A stretch of DNA of 64,000 nt from Thermoproteota archaeon. Lineage in GTDB: Archaea; Korarchaeota; Korarchaeia; Korarchaeales; Korarchaeaceae. The stretch spans positions 96,001 through 160,000 of the forward strand of contig JAOZFN010000011.1 in the NCBI GenBank assembly GCA_027492205.1, written 5' to 3'. The first letter of the stretch is position 1; each line of letters opens with the position of its first letter. The position numbers and the translations under genes are program-made. Shown piece after piece: positions 38,583 to 48,016 of the stretch. The notes beneath the pieces are model-generated. The model saw nothing but the letters and a program-made list of their open reading frames with translations. It ran no database searches and was not told the DNA's origin.

Positions 38583-39857
38583 CTACCCCTCGGCCCTTCG
38601 TCTCCTCCCCCACCTTATCTTTGCGGTGAGTATCTTCTCGGAGGAGAATATCCTGTCGGCCACCGCGGCAACCCCCAGCGTCCAGGCGCAGAGGTAGAGG
38701 ACGCTGGCGGCGTAGGCACCCCAATCCCTCCACACCAGGGCCTGAGACGCGAGGGCCAAGTGAGAGAACGGAATCGCCTGCAGCGCGAGCGCCGCGGCCC
38801 TGGGAAGAGACCGAATGTCGGCGAACATGAGCAGAAACGCCGGCAGGAAGACCAAGACGAACAGGTTACTCACCAGCGCCTGGGCCGATCTCACGTCCTC
38901 GGTGAAGGCCGCCAGGACCGTGGCCAGCGTCAGGGCGAGCATGTTGGCTGCGACCAGCGAAACGCCGAGGGCGACGACCTCTCTGGGCCCCAGCAGGCTC
39001 AGCTCCGCCGTGGGGCCCTCGGCGCCGGCGGGAGTGACCACCCTCATGTAGTAGACGAGCCCCGCGATTACGCCCGCGCTGCCGAGAGTGGCCACGACGG
39101 CTGATCCTGAGAGCTTGGCCAGGAGTATGCTCCTCCGGCTCACGGGGAGCGTCAAAAGCGTCTCAAGCGTCTTCTCCTCCTTCTCAACCGCGATCGAAGT
39201 TGCCGCGATCTGCATCGCGAATATCAGAACAAGGGAGGCCACCATGGGCAGCATGGTCGCCTGCCCCGCGATCGCTCCCGCGACGGCGTCGGGCGGGACG
39301 TCGAGCACCTGCCCCCTGAACACCGAGGAGTAGGAGACCTGGAGCGGGTCGAGCACCGCCTGCGGATCCGAGACACCCAGCTCCTCCACTAGGGCAGACG
39401 CGAGCGCCTGGGAGGCGGCGTCTATGGCCCCGCCGAGCCTGCCCGTGAACATGACGGAGGAGAACCCTCCCCTCTCGAAGAAGACGGTGACCCTCACAGG
39501 GATCCTCTCTCCGGACCTGAGGGACTCTCCAAATCCTTCGGGAATCTCTATCAGGGCCCCGGCCCCTAGGGACAGGGCCTCCCGCATCGCGTCCTCCGGC
39601 GACGTGACCTCGAGCACGGTCCCGGTGGCCTTGAGCGCGGCGACCACGACGGCCGACTCCCTGGAGTGGTCGAGGTCCAGCACCGCGACGGGCGTGGTGA
39701 GGGCGGTCCTCTCGGCCGCGGACATCGAGGCCCGGGTGGCGAGCCCTATCACGGGGTAGAGGATCGTTGGCAGCAGGATCATCCCCACCAGGATCTTCGG
39801 GTCGCGAAGGAGGTCGAGGACCTCCTTCCTGACCAGGCTCCTCAGCGCCCCGCTCAT
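38583..39857 (-). CDS. NatB-like ABC-2 permease
   Basis: RKEVLDLLRDPK, EKEEKTLETLLTLPVSR. Confidence 0.9.
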   Translation of the reverse strand: MSGALRSLVRKEVLDLLRDPKILVGMILLPTILYPVIGLATRASMSAAERTALTTPVAVLDLDHSRESAVVVAALKATGTVLEVTSPEDAMREALSLGAGALIEIPEGFGESLRSGERIPVRVTVFFERGGFSSVMFTGRLGGAIDAASQALASALVEELGVSDPQAVLDPLQVSYSSVFRGQVLDVPPDAVAGAIAGQATMLPMVASLVLIFAMQIAATSIAVEKEEKTLETLLTLPVSRRSILLAKLSGSAVVATLGSAGVIAGLVYYMRVVTPAGAEGPTAELSLLGPREVVALGVSLVAANMLALTLATVLAAFTEDVRSAQALVSNLFVLVFLPAFLLMFADIRSLPRAAALALQAIPFSHLALASQALVWRDWGAYAASVLYLCAWTLGVAAVADRIFSSEKILTAKIRWGRRRRAEG

Positions 39858-40582
39858 ACGGCCGCCACCCCCACGAAGACCTCCTCGAGGTCGCCGGCGC
39901 TGTACTTGGCCTTCAGCTCAGAGGGCTCGCCCTCTATCAGCAGCCTGCCCCTGTGCAGGAGCCCGACCCTGTCGCACAGCCTCTCGACCTCCAGCATGTT
40001 GTGGCTCGACAGTATCACGGTCAACCCCTTCTCATCCACGTACTCCCTGATCACCCTCCTGACGTGGTGGGCGTGTATCACGTCCAGCCCGCTGGTGGGC
40101 TCGTCCAGTATCGCGAGCCTGGGCCTGACCATGAGGGCCCTGGCCAGGGTGAGCCTCCTCTTCATGCCCCTGCTGTAGGTCTTGACCCTGTCCCTTATCC
40201 TGTCGCCGAGCGCGGCTATCCGGACGCCCTCCTCCACCATCTCCTCCAGCTCGGACTCGTCCCTGGCGTAGAAGGAGGCCATGAACTTCAGGAACTCCAG
40301 ACCCGAGAGGTTCCGATAGGCGCCGGCCTCCTCAGGGAGGTAGCTCATCACCGCCCTGGCCTCCTCAGGCCTCTCCAGCACGTCTATGCCAAAGACCTCG
40401 ACCGAGCCGGAGTCAGGCCTCAGGAGGGTGGCGATTATTCGCAGGGTCGTGGTCTTTCCGGCGCCGTTGGGTCCAATCAGGCCGTAGATCTCTCCCTGGT
40501 TTACGACGAGGTCCAGTCCCTTGAGGGCCTCCACCTTGCCGTAGCTCTTGTGGAGGCCCCTCACCACCACGCTCGGGGGCAT
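39854..40582 (-). CDS. NatA-like ABC ATP-binding subunit
   Basis: GPNGAGKTT, YSRGM, LDEPT, SSHNMLEV. Confidence 0.93.
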   Translation of the reverse strand: MPPSVVVRGLHKSYGKVEALKGLDLVVNQGEIYGLIGPNGAGKTTTLRIIATLLRPDSGSVEVFGIDVLERPEEARAVMSYLPEEAGAYRNLSGLEFLKFMASFYARDESELEEMVEEGVRIAALGDRIRDRVKTYSRGMKRRLTLARALMVRPRLAILDEPTSGLDVIHAHHVRRVIREYVDEKGLTVILSSHNMLEVERLCDRVGLLHRGRLLIEGEPSELKAKYSAGDLEEVFVGVAAV

Positions 40583-40667
40583 CGACGGGCCTAGCCTGAG
40601 CTGGAGCTTTAACCGTTCAGCGGGTGGAGTTTACGACCGCACCCGGAGAAAAACTGGAGAGGGGGTG

Positions 40668-41796
40668 TTACCCCTCGACCTCGGCGGGCATGAACAGCCC
40701 GACTATGGTCTTGATGCCGAAAGTCTGGATGACGTTCAGCATGAACGCCAGAAACCCTAGGGTGAGCAGGGCGCCGAAGAACGCGGCTGACGCCATGTAG
40801 GGCAGGTAGGCGTCGGTGAAGTAGAGGGTCCTCCTGGCATCCCGCCGCTCCAGGCCAGCCCCATCGAGAACGACATCCCTATGCCGCCGATCGTTCACAG
40901 CCAGAAGTGGAGGTTGCCGAAGGTCTTGCTCTTCAGCTCCGTCCCTGTGAGCATGGGCGTCAGCGCGTAGATGGCCGCGAAGAGTATGCTGCTGAGTCCT
41001 GTGAGGAGCATCTAGTGGACGTGGAACCCAGGCCCCACTGGGTGTTGTGCAACACCGTGTTGAGGGCGTAGTTTGCCTGGAGGAGGCCGGCCATGCCGCC
41101 GAGCAGGAATCCCGTGATTCCTCCCACCATGAACTTGACCGGCAGGGTCAGCTTGACGGGTCTGGCGAGCCAGAGCGTCATCAGCGCGGCGAAAAACGTC
41201 AGGCCCAAGGTGAAGCCCTCGCCCCAGGTGATGAACTGACCGACACGAGCCTCAGGATCGTGGGCTGAGGCCTGTCGGAGAGCAGGTGGTGGCTCCAGAC
41301 CCCCATGGATATTATCAGGTCGGCTAGGACGACGTACCTAACGAACTCCTCGCCGTACAGCTTTCTCCCCGCCAGGAGCGGCGCGAGCAGGTAGAGGGTC
41401 CCGGCAGTCCAGATGAGGACGTCGCCGTCGGCTATCATGTCCAGGCCCCCACCAGTAGATGTTCTTGTAGATCAGCGGGTCGATGACGAGTGGGTCGAGC
41501 CCCCCGGCGAACGCCCTGTGGAGGGTGAACCCAGCTATCAGGGCGCCTGCTCCAGCCAAGACGAACGCGTTGATCACGGCGTCGATAGATCCCCTGAACA
41601 CGGGCAGCTTCTGCTCCTGGCCGCCGTCTGGAAGCGTCGGCCTGGATGGCTCGAGGCCGAGGCCCAGCGGGATTCTCCTCCTGGCCCCCCTGAGCGCCCT
41701 GACGAGCCCACCTAGTCCGGAGGAGGCCACGAACAGGCTGACCAGGGTGGCCCTGCCGGTGAGGTCTGGTGGGAAGCGGCCCAGTATCGTGGCGAG
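40668..41796 (-). pseudogene. Heme-copper oxidase superfamily subunit I remnant (gNOR-like)
   Basis: Reassembled DPLIYKNIYWWG/LDMIADGDVL, VWSHHL, LHNTQW, HVH, LHFWL, RR; at least 3 frameshifts, TAG and TGA stops, 5' end missing. Confidence 0.75.
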
Positions 41797-41944
41797 TCAA
41801 GGTTATAACTTCTGTGGAGACCCTCATGAAGGTCGGGAGCAAGCTGCTCGGGGATCTGGTGCCCTGAAGCCGGGGGGCGGCGCGGATCATTCGTCTATAG
41901 GATTCGTTCCAATCTGTTTAGTTCCTAGCGTCTGACAAACCTCG

Positions 41945-42325
41945 GTGAGAACCGTGCCCTGGGTTTGGCTTCCTAGGAGAAGGAAGAGACCCCCTCGTCG
42001 ACGGAGATCGGCTCCACTTCCTCCGCCTCCCCCTCCGCCTCCCCCCAGGAGGAGGCTACCCCGTCGGCCCACGGTCGAGGGGGACGGCGTGGACCTGGGC
42101 GACGTGGCGAGGTATGGTGGCGCCGCCGCGCTCGGGGCCGGCGCCGCCCTCCTGTTCGCCTATCGCGACAAGATTGCCAAGGCGCTGAAGGGCAAAGATG
42201 AGGTCACGGAAGAGGAGGTCAGGAGGGCGGTCGAAGACGCCGTGGCCGGCTCCGAAGGGGAGCTGTCAGAGGAGGACAAGGAGGAGATAGTGAGGAGGGT
42301 CCTCGAGGAGCTCAGGGGGGAGTGA
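41945..42325 (+). CDS. Hypothetical or 5'-truncated protein: Arg-rich, poly-Pro, hydrophobic segment, acidic tail
   Basis: Nine consecutive Pro; YGGAAALGAGAALLFAY; genic codon usage in the 3' part. Confidence 0.5.
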   Translation: MRTVPWVWLPRRRKRPPRRRRSAPLPPPPPPPPPRRRLPRRPTVEGDGVDLGDVARYGGAAALGAGAALLFAYRDKIAKALKGKDEVTEEEVRRAVEDAVAGSEGELSEEDKEEIVRRVLEELRGE

Positions 42326-42368
42326 CCCCCCACTCCCACTAATTATTTCTCAGCGGGCACGTCCGCGC

Positions 42369-42872
42369 GTGCCCGTGAGGCTGGACGAGCTCGACCTCAA
42401 GATCTTGGCCTTGCTGTCTAGAGACGGCAGGATCCCTCTCTCGAGGCTCGCAGAGAAGTTGAGGGTGCCCAGGACAACCGTGAACTCCAGGCTCCTCAGA
42501 CTCAGGGAGGAGGGGGTGCTTGAGGGTTTTAGGGCCGAGATACCCCCGGACAAGCTGGGATACAAGCTCGTCGCGTTCGTCCTGGTGAAGGTCAGGAGGA
42601 CCAGGCCCGTCGACGGGATGTCCAACCAGGAGGTGTTGGCGAGATCCCTGGTCAGACAGACGGCTCAGGACCCCTCCCTCCCCTGGGTTGAGGAGGCTCA
42701 CATAATCACCGGGGAGTACGACCTCCTCCTCAAAGTCCGAGCCAGGGAGCTAGACCAGCTCACGAGGTTTCTAATAGCCCACATGGCTACACATGACGAC
42801 GTGGTACAGACCCACACCCTCTTGGCCCTGGAGACGGTCCACGAGGATCACACCCCTCCCCTGAGGCCCTAA
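42369..42872 (+). CDS. Lrp/AsnC transcriptional regulator
   Basis: LDELDLKIL..L.RDGR HTH; ITGEYDLLLKV. Confidence 0.93.
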   Translation: MPVRLDELDLKILALLSRDGRIPLSRLAEKLRVPRTTVNSRLLRLREEGVLEGFRAEIPPDKLGYKLVAFVLVKVRRTRPVDGMSNQEVLARSLVRQTAQDPSLPWVEEAHIITGEYDLLLKVRARELDQLTRFLIAHMATHDDVVQTHTLLALETVHEDHTPPLRP

Positions 42873-43011
42873 CACTTCGACGATCTCTAGACCTTGCCAC
42901 GGGAATATAGACGATTAATTCTCCGTGATACTTCATAAGAGACGCCCATCTCCCGCAATATGGCCTCAAGATGACGACAACGGTTTTATCGGCGTTCGGC
43001 CGGGAGGCTGG

Positions 43012-44073
43012 GTGACCGGAGGGGTGCCTGAGACCTCAGCGATCCACCCGTCCGTCGCCAGGTTTGTCGAGGCCTCCAGACAGGGTTCCCGCTACCTGAG
43101 GGAGCTGGAGAGAAAACTATCCAAGCCGCACGTCGTCGCCAGGAGTGAGCGGGCCAGGGCCGTTCTGAGGGTCCAGGCGATCGCCCTGAGCGCCATCCGG
43201 GAGTTCCTCGACTCTCACGGATTCATAGAACTCCTCCCACCCATATTGGGGCCCGTTACGGATCCGGGGATCAGGGGGGCCGGGCAGGTCGTGGTCGACT
43301 ACTACGGCTGGCCCTACAGGGTGATGAGCAGCGCCATCCTGTACAAGCAGGCCGCCGCCTCGGCCCTCGGGAGGATCTACTTCGTGTCTCCGAACGTGAG
43401 GCTCGAGCCCCCGGAGGCGGCCCTCACCGGCCGGCACCTGGCGGAGTTCGTCCAGGTCGACGTAGAGGGCTCCGGGATGAGCTACGAGGAGGTCATGGAT
43501 CTGGTAGAGGGACTGCTGAAGCACGTCGTGGCCGTCGTGAAGGGGGAGGCGTACAGGGAGCTAGAGATCCTCGGGAGGGATCTGCCGGACTGCTCGGACC
43601 CCTTCCCAAGGCTCACCCACTCGAGGGCCGTGTCGATGCTCCGCTCCCTGGGCGTCGACGCTGACGAGGCGTCGGAGATCCCCTGGGATGGGGAGGTGAT
43701 CCTCTCCGGGCTGTTCAGGTCACCCTTCTTCATCACCGACTACCCGCTGGGATCCAGGGGGTTCTACGACCGGGAGGACCCCGAGCGGCCGGGGGTCCTG
43801 AGGGACTTCGACCTCATCTACCCGGAGGGGTTCGGGGAGGCGGCCAGCGGGGCGGAGAGGGAGTACGAGTATGAGAGAGTCCTCGCCAGGCTGAAGGCCT
43901 CGGGAGAGGACCCGGAGGAGTACGGCTGGTACCTGGGCATGCTCGCGGACGGGATCAAGCCGACGGCCGGCTTCGGAATAGGCGTCGAGAGGCTGACGAG
44001 GTTCCTCTGCGGCCTCGGCTCGGTCTGGGAGGCCAGGCTCTGTCCTAAGGTTCCGGGGGTCTACTCGCCCTGA
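43012..44073 (+). CDS. asnA: Archaeal asparagine synthetase A (AsnRS-paralogue lacking the anticodon domain)
   Basis: TDPGIRGA, SAILYKQ, SPNVRLE, RHLAEFVQVDVE, SGAEREY, AGFGIGVERL; start refined to GTG at 43012 or 43024. Confidence 0.9.
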   Translation: MTGGVPETSAIHPSVARFVEASRQGSRYLRELERKLSKPHVVARSERARAVLRVQAIALSAIREFLDSHGFIELLPPILGPVTDPGIRGAGQVVVDYYGWPYRVMSSAILYKQAAASALGRIYFVSPNVRLEPPEAALTGRHLAEFVQVDVEGSGMSYEEVMDLVEGLLKHVVAVVKGEAYRELEILGRDLPDCSDPFPRLTHSRAVSMLRSLGVDADEASEIPWDGEVILSGLFRSPFFITDYPLGSRGFYDREDPERPGVLRDFDLIYPEGFGEAASGAEREYEYERVLARLKASGEDPEEYGWYLGMLADGIKPTAGFGIGVERLTRFLCGLGSVWEARLCPKVPGVYSP

Positions 44074-44132
44074 GGGCCCCCGACCCCAGGCCCGTTTAAA
44101 CGGTTTCCCTGCTGGGGGCAGCGGGTCGCAGG

Positions 44133-45935
44133 ATGCCAGCCGTCGGTAGGAGCAGGCTCGAGGATGTGACCAAGACACTGGTTGACGCGGCCATGGGCCG
44201 CGTCAAGGCAGACCTAGTCGTGAGGGGCGGTAACCTTGTCAACGTCTTCACGGGAGAGATCTTGGAGGGCGTGGACGTCGCGGTGAAGGGCGACAGGATA
44301 GCCCTGGTCGGGAGGGCCGACCACACCATCGGCACGGACACGGAGGTGATCGACGCCTCCGGGAAGTACGTCGTCCCGGGGTTCATGGACGGGCACGTGC
44401 ACATAGAGAGCTCGATGCTGACGGTCACGGGGTTCGCCAGGGCCGTCCTGCCCCACGGCACCACGGCGGTGTTCGCCGACCCCCACGAGATCGCGAACGT
44501 CCTCGGCCTGGACGGCGTGAGGCTGATGCTGGAGGAGTCCAGGGGCGTACCCCTGAAGGTGTTCGTAACCCTCCCGTCCTGCGTGCCCGCCACGAGCCCG
44601 GAGTTCGAGACCGCAGGGGCCGAGATCACCCCAAGCGATGTGGAGGAGGCGATGAGGTGGGAGGGCGTCATCGCCCTTGGCGAGGTGATGAACTACCCCG
44701 GCGTTCTCGCCGGAGACGACAAGATGCACGGTGAGATAGCCGCGACGCTCGGGGCCGGAAAGGTGGTCGAGGGGCACTTCTACGGCAACCTGGAGGAGGA
44801 GCTCAGCGCCTACGCCGCGGCCGGGGTGTCGTCCTGCCACGAGTCCACCACCAAGGAGGCGGGGCTGGCGAAGGCCAGGGTCGGCATCTACACCATGATC
44901 AGGGAGGGCTCAGCCTGGAGGGACCTTGCTGAGGTGATAAGGGCGGTAACCGAGACCAGGATCGACACCCGGAGGTTCTGCCTGGTCAGCGACGACCGGC
45001 ACCCGGAGCACCTGATCTCCGAGGGGCACATGGATCACATAGTCAGGAGGGCCATTGAAGAGGGTCTCGACCCGATCACGGCCATCCAGATGGCCACACT
45101 AAACACGGCGGAGCACTTCCGCGTCGATCAGGATCTCGGGGCCGTCGCGCCCGGGAGGTACGCAGACATACTGCTCCTGAAGTCGCTCAGCAGGGTCGAG
45201 GTGGACACGGTCATAGCGGACGGGAGGGTCGTCGCCAGGGATGGCAGGCTCACGGTGGAGATCCCAACGCCAGGGTACCCAGAATTTGCCAGGAACACGG
45301 TCAGGATCCCCAGGCCGGTCGAGCCCGGGGACTTCGAGGTGTCGGCCCCGGTCCTCGAGGGGACCGCGAGGGCGAGGGTGATCCAGGTCCAAGAGGCCAG
45401 CGTCCTCACCAAGGAGGTCATCGTCGACGTTCCGGTGTCCGCCGGCAGGGCGCGGGCGGACCCGGAGATGGACCTCGCCAAGGTGGCCGTGATCGAGAGG
45501 CACAGGGGGACGGGCGGGAGGTCGGTGGGGTTCGTCACCGGGTTCGGGTTCCGGCGGGGCGCGGTCGCATCGACGGTGGCCCACGACAGCCACAACCTCC
45601 TGGTTGTGGGCGTCAGCGACGAGGACATGGCGAAGGCGGCCAACGTGCTCAGGGAGGTGGGCGGAGGGATGGTGGCCGTGGCCGACGGAGAGGTGCTCGG
45701 CCTCGTGGAGCTGCCCGTAGCCGGCCTGCTCTCGGACGAGCCCGTCGAGAGGGTCGTCGAGAAGGTCCGCGGGCTGGCCGAGGCCTGGAGGGCCCTGGGG
45801 TGCGAGATGGTCTACCCCTTCATGACCATGGCTTTGCTCGCCCTGCCGGTTATTCCAGAGCTCAGGATAACCGACAAGGGTCTGATAGACGTCAGCCGCT
45901 TCGAGAAGGTGGACCTCTTCGTTAGCCCCCCCTAG
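44133..45935 (+). CDS. ade: Adenine deaminase
   Basis: DGHVHIESS, DPHEIANV, EVMNYPG, SCHE, SDD, AHDSHN. Confidence 0.95.
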   Translation: MPAVGRSRLEDVTKTLVDAAMGRVKADLVVRGGNLVNVFTGEILEGVDVAVKGDRIALVGRADHTIGTDTEVIDASGKYVVPGFMDGHVHIESSMLTVTGFARAVLPHGTTAVFADPHEIANVLGLDGVRLMLEESRGVPLKVFVTLPSCVPATSPEFETAGAEITPSDVEEAMRWEGVIALGEVMNYPGVLAGDDKMHGEIAATLGAGKVVEGHFYGNLEEELSAYAAAGVSSCHESTTKEAGLAKARVGIYTMIREGSAWRDLAEVIRAVTETRIDTRRFCLVSDDRHPEHLISEGHMDHIVRRAIEEGLDPITAIQMATLNTAEHFRVDQDLGAVAPGRYADILLLKSLSRVEVDTVIADGRVVARDGRLTVEIPTPGYPEFARNTVRIPRPVEPGDFEVSAPVLEGTARARVIQVQEASVLTKEVIVDVPVSAGRARADPEMDLAKVAVIERHRGTGGRSVGFVTGFGFRRGAVASTVAHDSHNLLVVGVSDEDMAKAANVLREVGGGMVAVADGEVLGLVELPVAGLLSDEPVERVVEKVRGLAEAWRALGCEMVYPFMTMALLALPVIPELRITDKGLIDVSRFEKVDLFVSPP

Positions 45936-45993
45936 GCTGACCTTCTGCCTATCACTCACCTTTTTACGCGCGGCCGCTCTGACTGTCGAAGAG

Positions 45994-47136
45994 ATGGACA
46001 CGAGGGTTATGAGGCTCGCGATCACCATCGCCGCCAGGAGCCTCAAGAGGAGGAGGTTTCGCTCCGCGCTCACGCTCATAGGCGTCGCCGTCGGGATGAG
46101 CACGGTGGTCGCCCTCACGGCCGTCGCGCTGGGAGCCAGGGAGGCTGCCGTGGGCGTTCTTACCCAGACTACCGACTTCATGGTGATGCCGAGGGGAGGC
46201 TCTGAGTTTCAGGCGGAGCTCCCGGAGAGCCTTGTGAAGCACATAAGGCTGTATCCCGAGGTGGAGATGGCCGGACCCGTCCTCTCCCAGATGCTCTACC
46301 TGGAGAAGGAGCCCGCGTGGGCCATGGGGGTCACCGACGAGTCGGCCGACATAACACGCCTCTCCCTGGTGGAGGGGAGGAGGGTCGAGGAGAGGGGGGA
46401 GATAGTCGTCGGTTACACCCTAGCCCAGGACCTCGGCGTCAAGGTCGGAGACGTCCTGAGGCTAAGCGTCTCCCCGGACGAGCCGGGGACCCCAATGAAG
46501 GTCGTCGGAATACTGGAGCCCACGGGCGGCGTCACGGACATGGCCGTCTACCTTAGCCTGAGCGAGCTCCAGGAGATGGTGGGAAAGAGGGGGAAGATCT
46601 CCATGATCATGATCAGGCTCAAGGATCCCAGGCTCGCCGACCAGTTCAAGGCGAGGGTCGAGGAGAGGTACCCCGACCTGGAGGTCTACGACACGAAGCA
46701 GATAGCGGAGAACGTCGGCAGGGTCCTGGACATGATGAACAGCCTCATACTGGCCATAGGCGGGATATCCCTCCTGGTGGGCGGCCTGGGAGTTATGAAC
46801 ACCACCATGGTGAGCGTGCTGGAGAGGACTAGGGAGATCGGGGTTATGAAGGCCATCGGCGCCAAGAGGTCCCACATCCTGACGATATTCCTCATGGAGT
46901 CCCTCATCCTTGGCGTGATGGGAGGGGTGATCGGCGTCCTGGGAGGGGCCGCGCTGGCGAAGCTCGCCAGCACCCTGATACCCAAGATGGTGGGCTTCCC
47001 CCTGCCGGCGAAGCTCACCTGGTGGCTGATCGTCAGCCCGATCCTCTTCGCCGGACTCCTCGGGGTAGTCGCGGGGTTCTACCCGTCGTGGAGGGGGGCC
47101 AGCGTTAGGCCCATGGAGGCGATTAGGTATGAGTGA
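45994..47136 (+). CDS. MacB/FtsX-family ABC permease
   Basis: RSALTLIGVAVG, extracellular domain, VLERTREIGVMKAIGA, P.EAIRYE. Confidence 0.93.
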   Translation: MDTRVMRLAITIAARSLKRRRFRSALTLIGVAVGMSTVVALTAVALGAREAAVGVLTQTTDFMVMPRGGSEFQAELPESLVKHIRLYPEVEMAGPVLSQMLYLEKEPAWAMGVTDESADITRLSLVEGRRVEERGEIVVGYTLAQDLGVKVGDVLRLSVSPDEPGTPMKVVGILEPTGGVTDMAVYLSLSELQEMVGKRGKISMIMIRLKDPRLADQFKARVEERYPDLEVYDTKQIAENVGRVLDMMNSLILAIGGISLLVGGLGVMNTTMVSVLERTREIGVMKAIGAKRSHILTIFLMESLILGVMGGVIGVLGGAALAKLASTLIPKMVGFPLPAKLTWWLIVSPILFAGLLGVVAGFYPSWRGASVRPMEAIRYE

Positions 47137-48016
47137 GCCTGCGGCCGTCGAGCTGAGGGACGTCAGCAAGGTCTACATGGTGGGGAGCCAGGAGGTCAGG
47201 GCCCTCGACCGCGTGAGCCTGAGGATCGAGAGGGGGGAGTTCATCTCGGTAATGGGGCCCTCGGGGTCGGGCAAGACGACGCTGCTCAGCGTCATGGGGT
47301 GCCTCATCAGGCCCTCCAGCGGCAGGATCTTGATAGGCGGGGAGGACGTCACCGACCTGGACGAGGACAGGCTGGCCGTCTTTAGGGCCAAGAAGATCGG
47401 CTTCGTCTTCCAGTTCTTCAACCTGATATCCACCCTCACGGCCCTGGAGAACGTCATGCTCCCCATGACGTTTGCGGGAGACGTCCCCAGTTGGGAGATG
47501 AAGGCAAAGGCCATGGAACTCCTCGAGGCCGTCGGCTTGTCCGACAGGGCGGACCACAGGCCCATGGAGCTCTCGGGAGGTCAGCAGCAGAGGGTTGCCA
47601 TAGCCAGGGCCCTCGCCAACGACCCGGAGATAATACTGGCCGACGAGCCCACGGGCAACCTTGACAGCCACACGGGCTCCGAGATCATGGACCTTATGGA
47701 GCAGCTGAACAGGGAGCTGGGCAAGACTTTCGTCATAGTCACCCACGACCCGGCGGTGGCCAGGAGGACAAGGAGGATCCTCTACATGAAGGACGGGAGG
47801 GTCTACGGTCGCCCTCCTGAGGAAGCAGAGCGCAGGAGGGTCGTCGGCAGGGAGGAGAGGGTCAAGGTACTGCTCCGCCTGCTCGGTGAGGTCAGGAGGC
47901 TCAGATCAGAGGCTGAGGCAGCCTCCAAATCCATGAGTCTCAGGGAGCTGGAGGACCTGGCGGTGGGCCTGAGGATGGGGATCGCAAGGATCAGGAGGGA
48001 GTTGGGCAGGATATGA
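47129..48016 (+). CDS. LolD/MacB-type ABC ATPase with C-terminal helical extension
   Basis: GPSGSGKT, FVFQFFNL, LSGGQQQR, ADEPTGNLD, VTHD. Confidence 0.93.
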   Translation: MSEPAAVELRDVSKVYMVGSQEVRALDRVSLRIERGEFISVMGPSGSGKTTLLSVMGCLIRPSSGRILIGGEDVTDLDEDRLAVFRAKKIGFVFQFFNLISTLTALENVMLPMTFAGDVPSWEMKAKAMELLEAVGLSDRADHRPMELSGGQQQRVAIARALANDPEIILADEPTGNLDSHTGSEIMDLMEQLNRELGKTFVIVTHDPAVARRTRRILYMKDGRVYGRPPEEAERRRVVGREERVKVLLRLLGEVRRLRSEAEAASKSMSLRELEDLAVGLRMGIARIRRELGRI

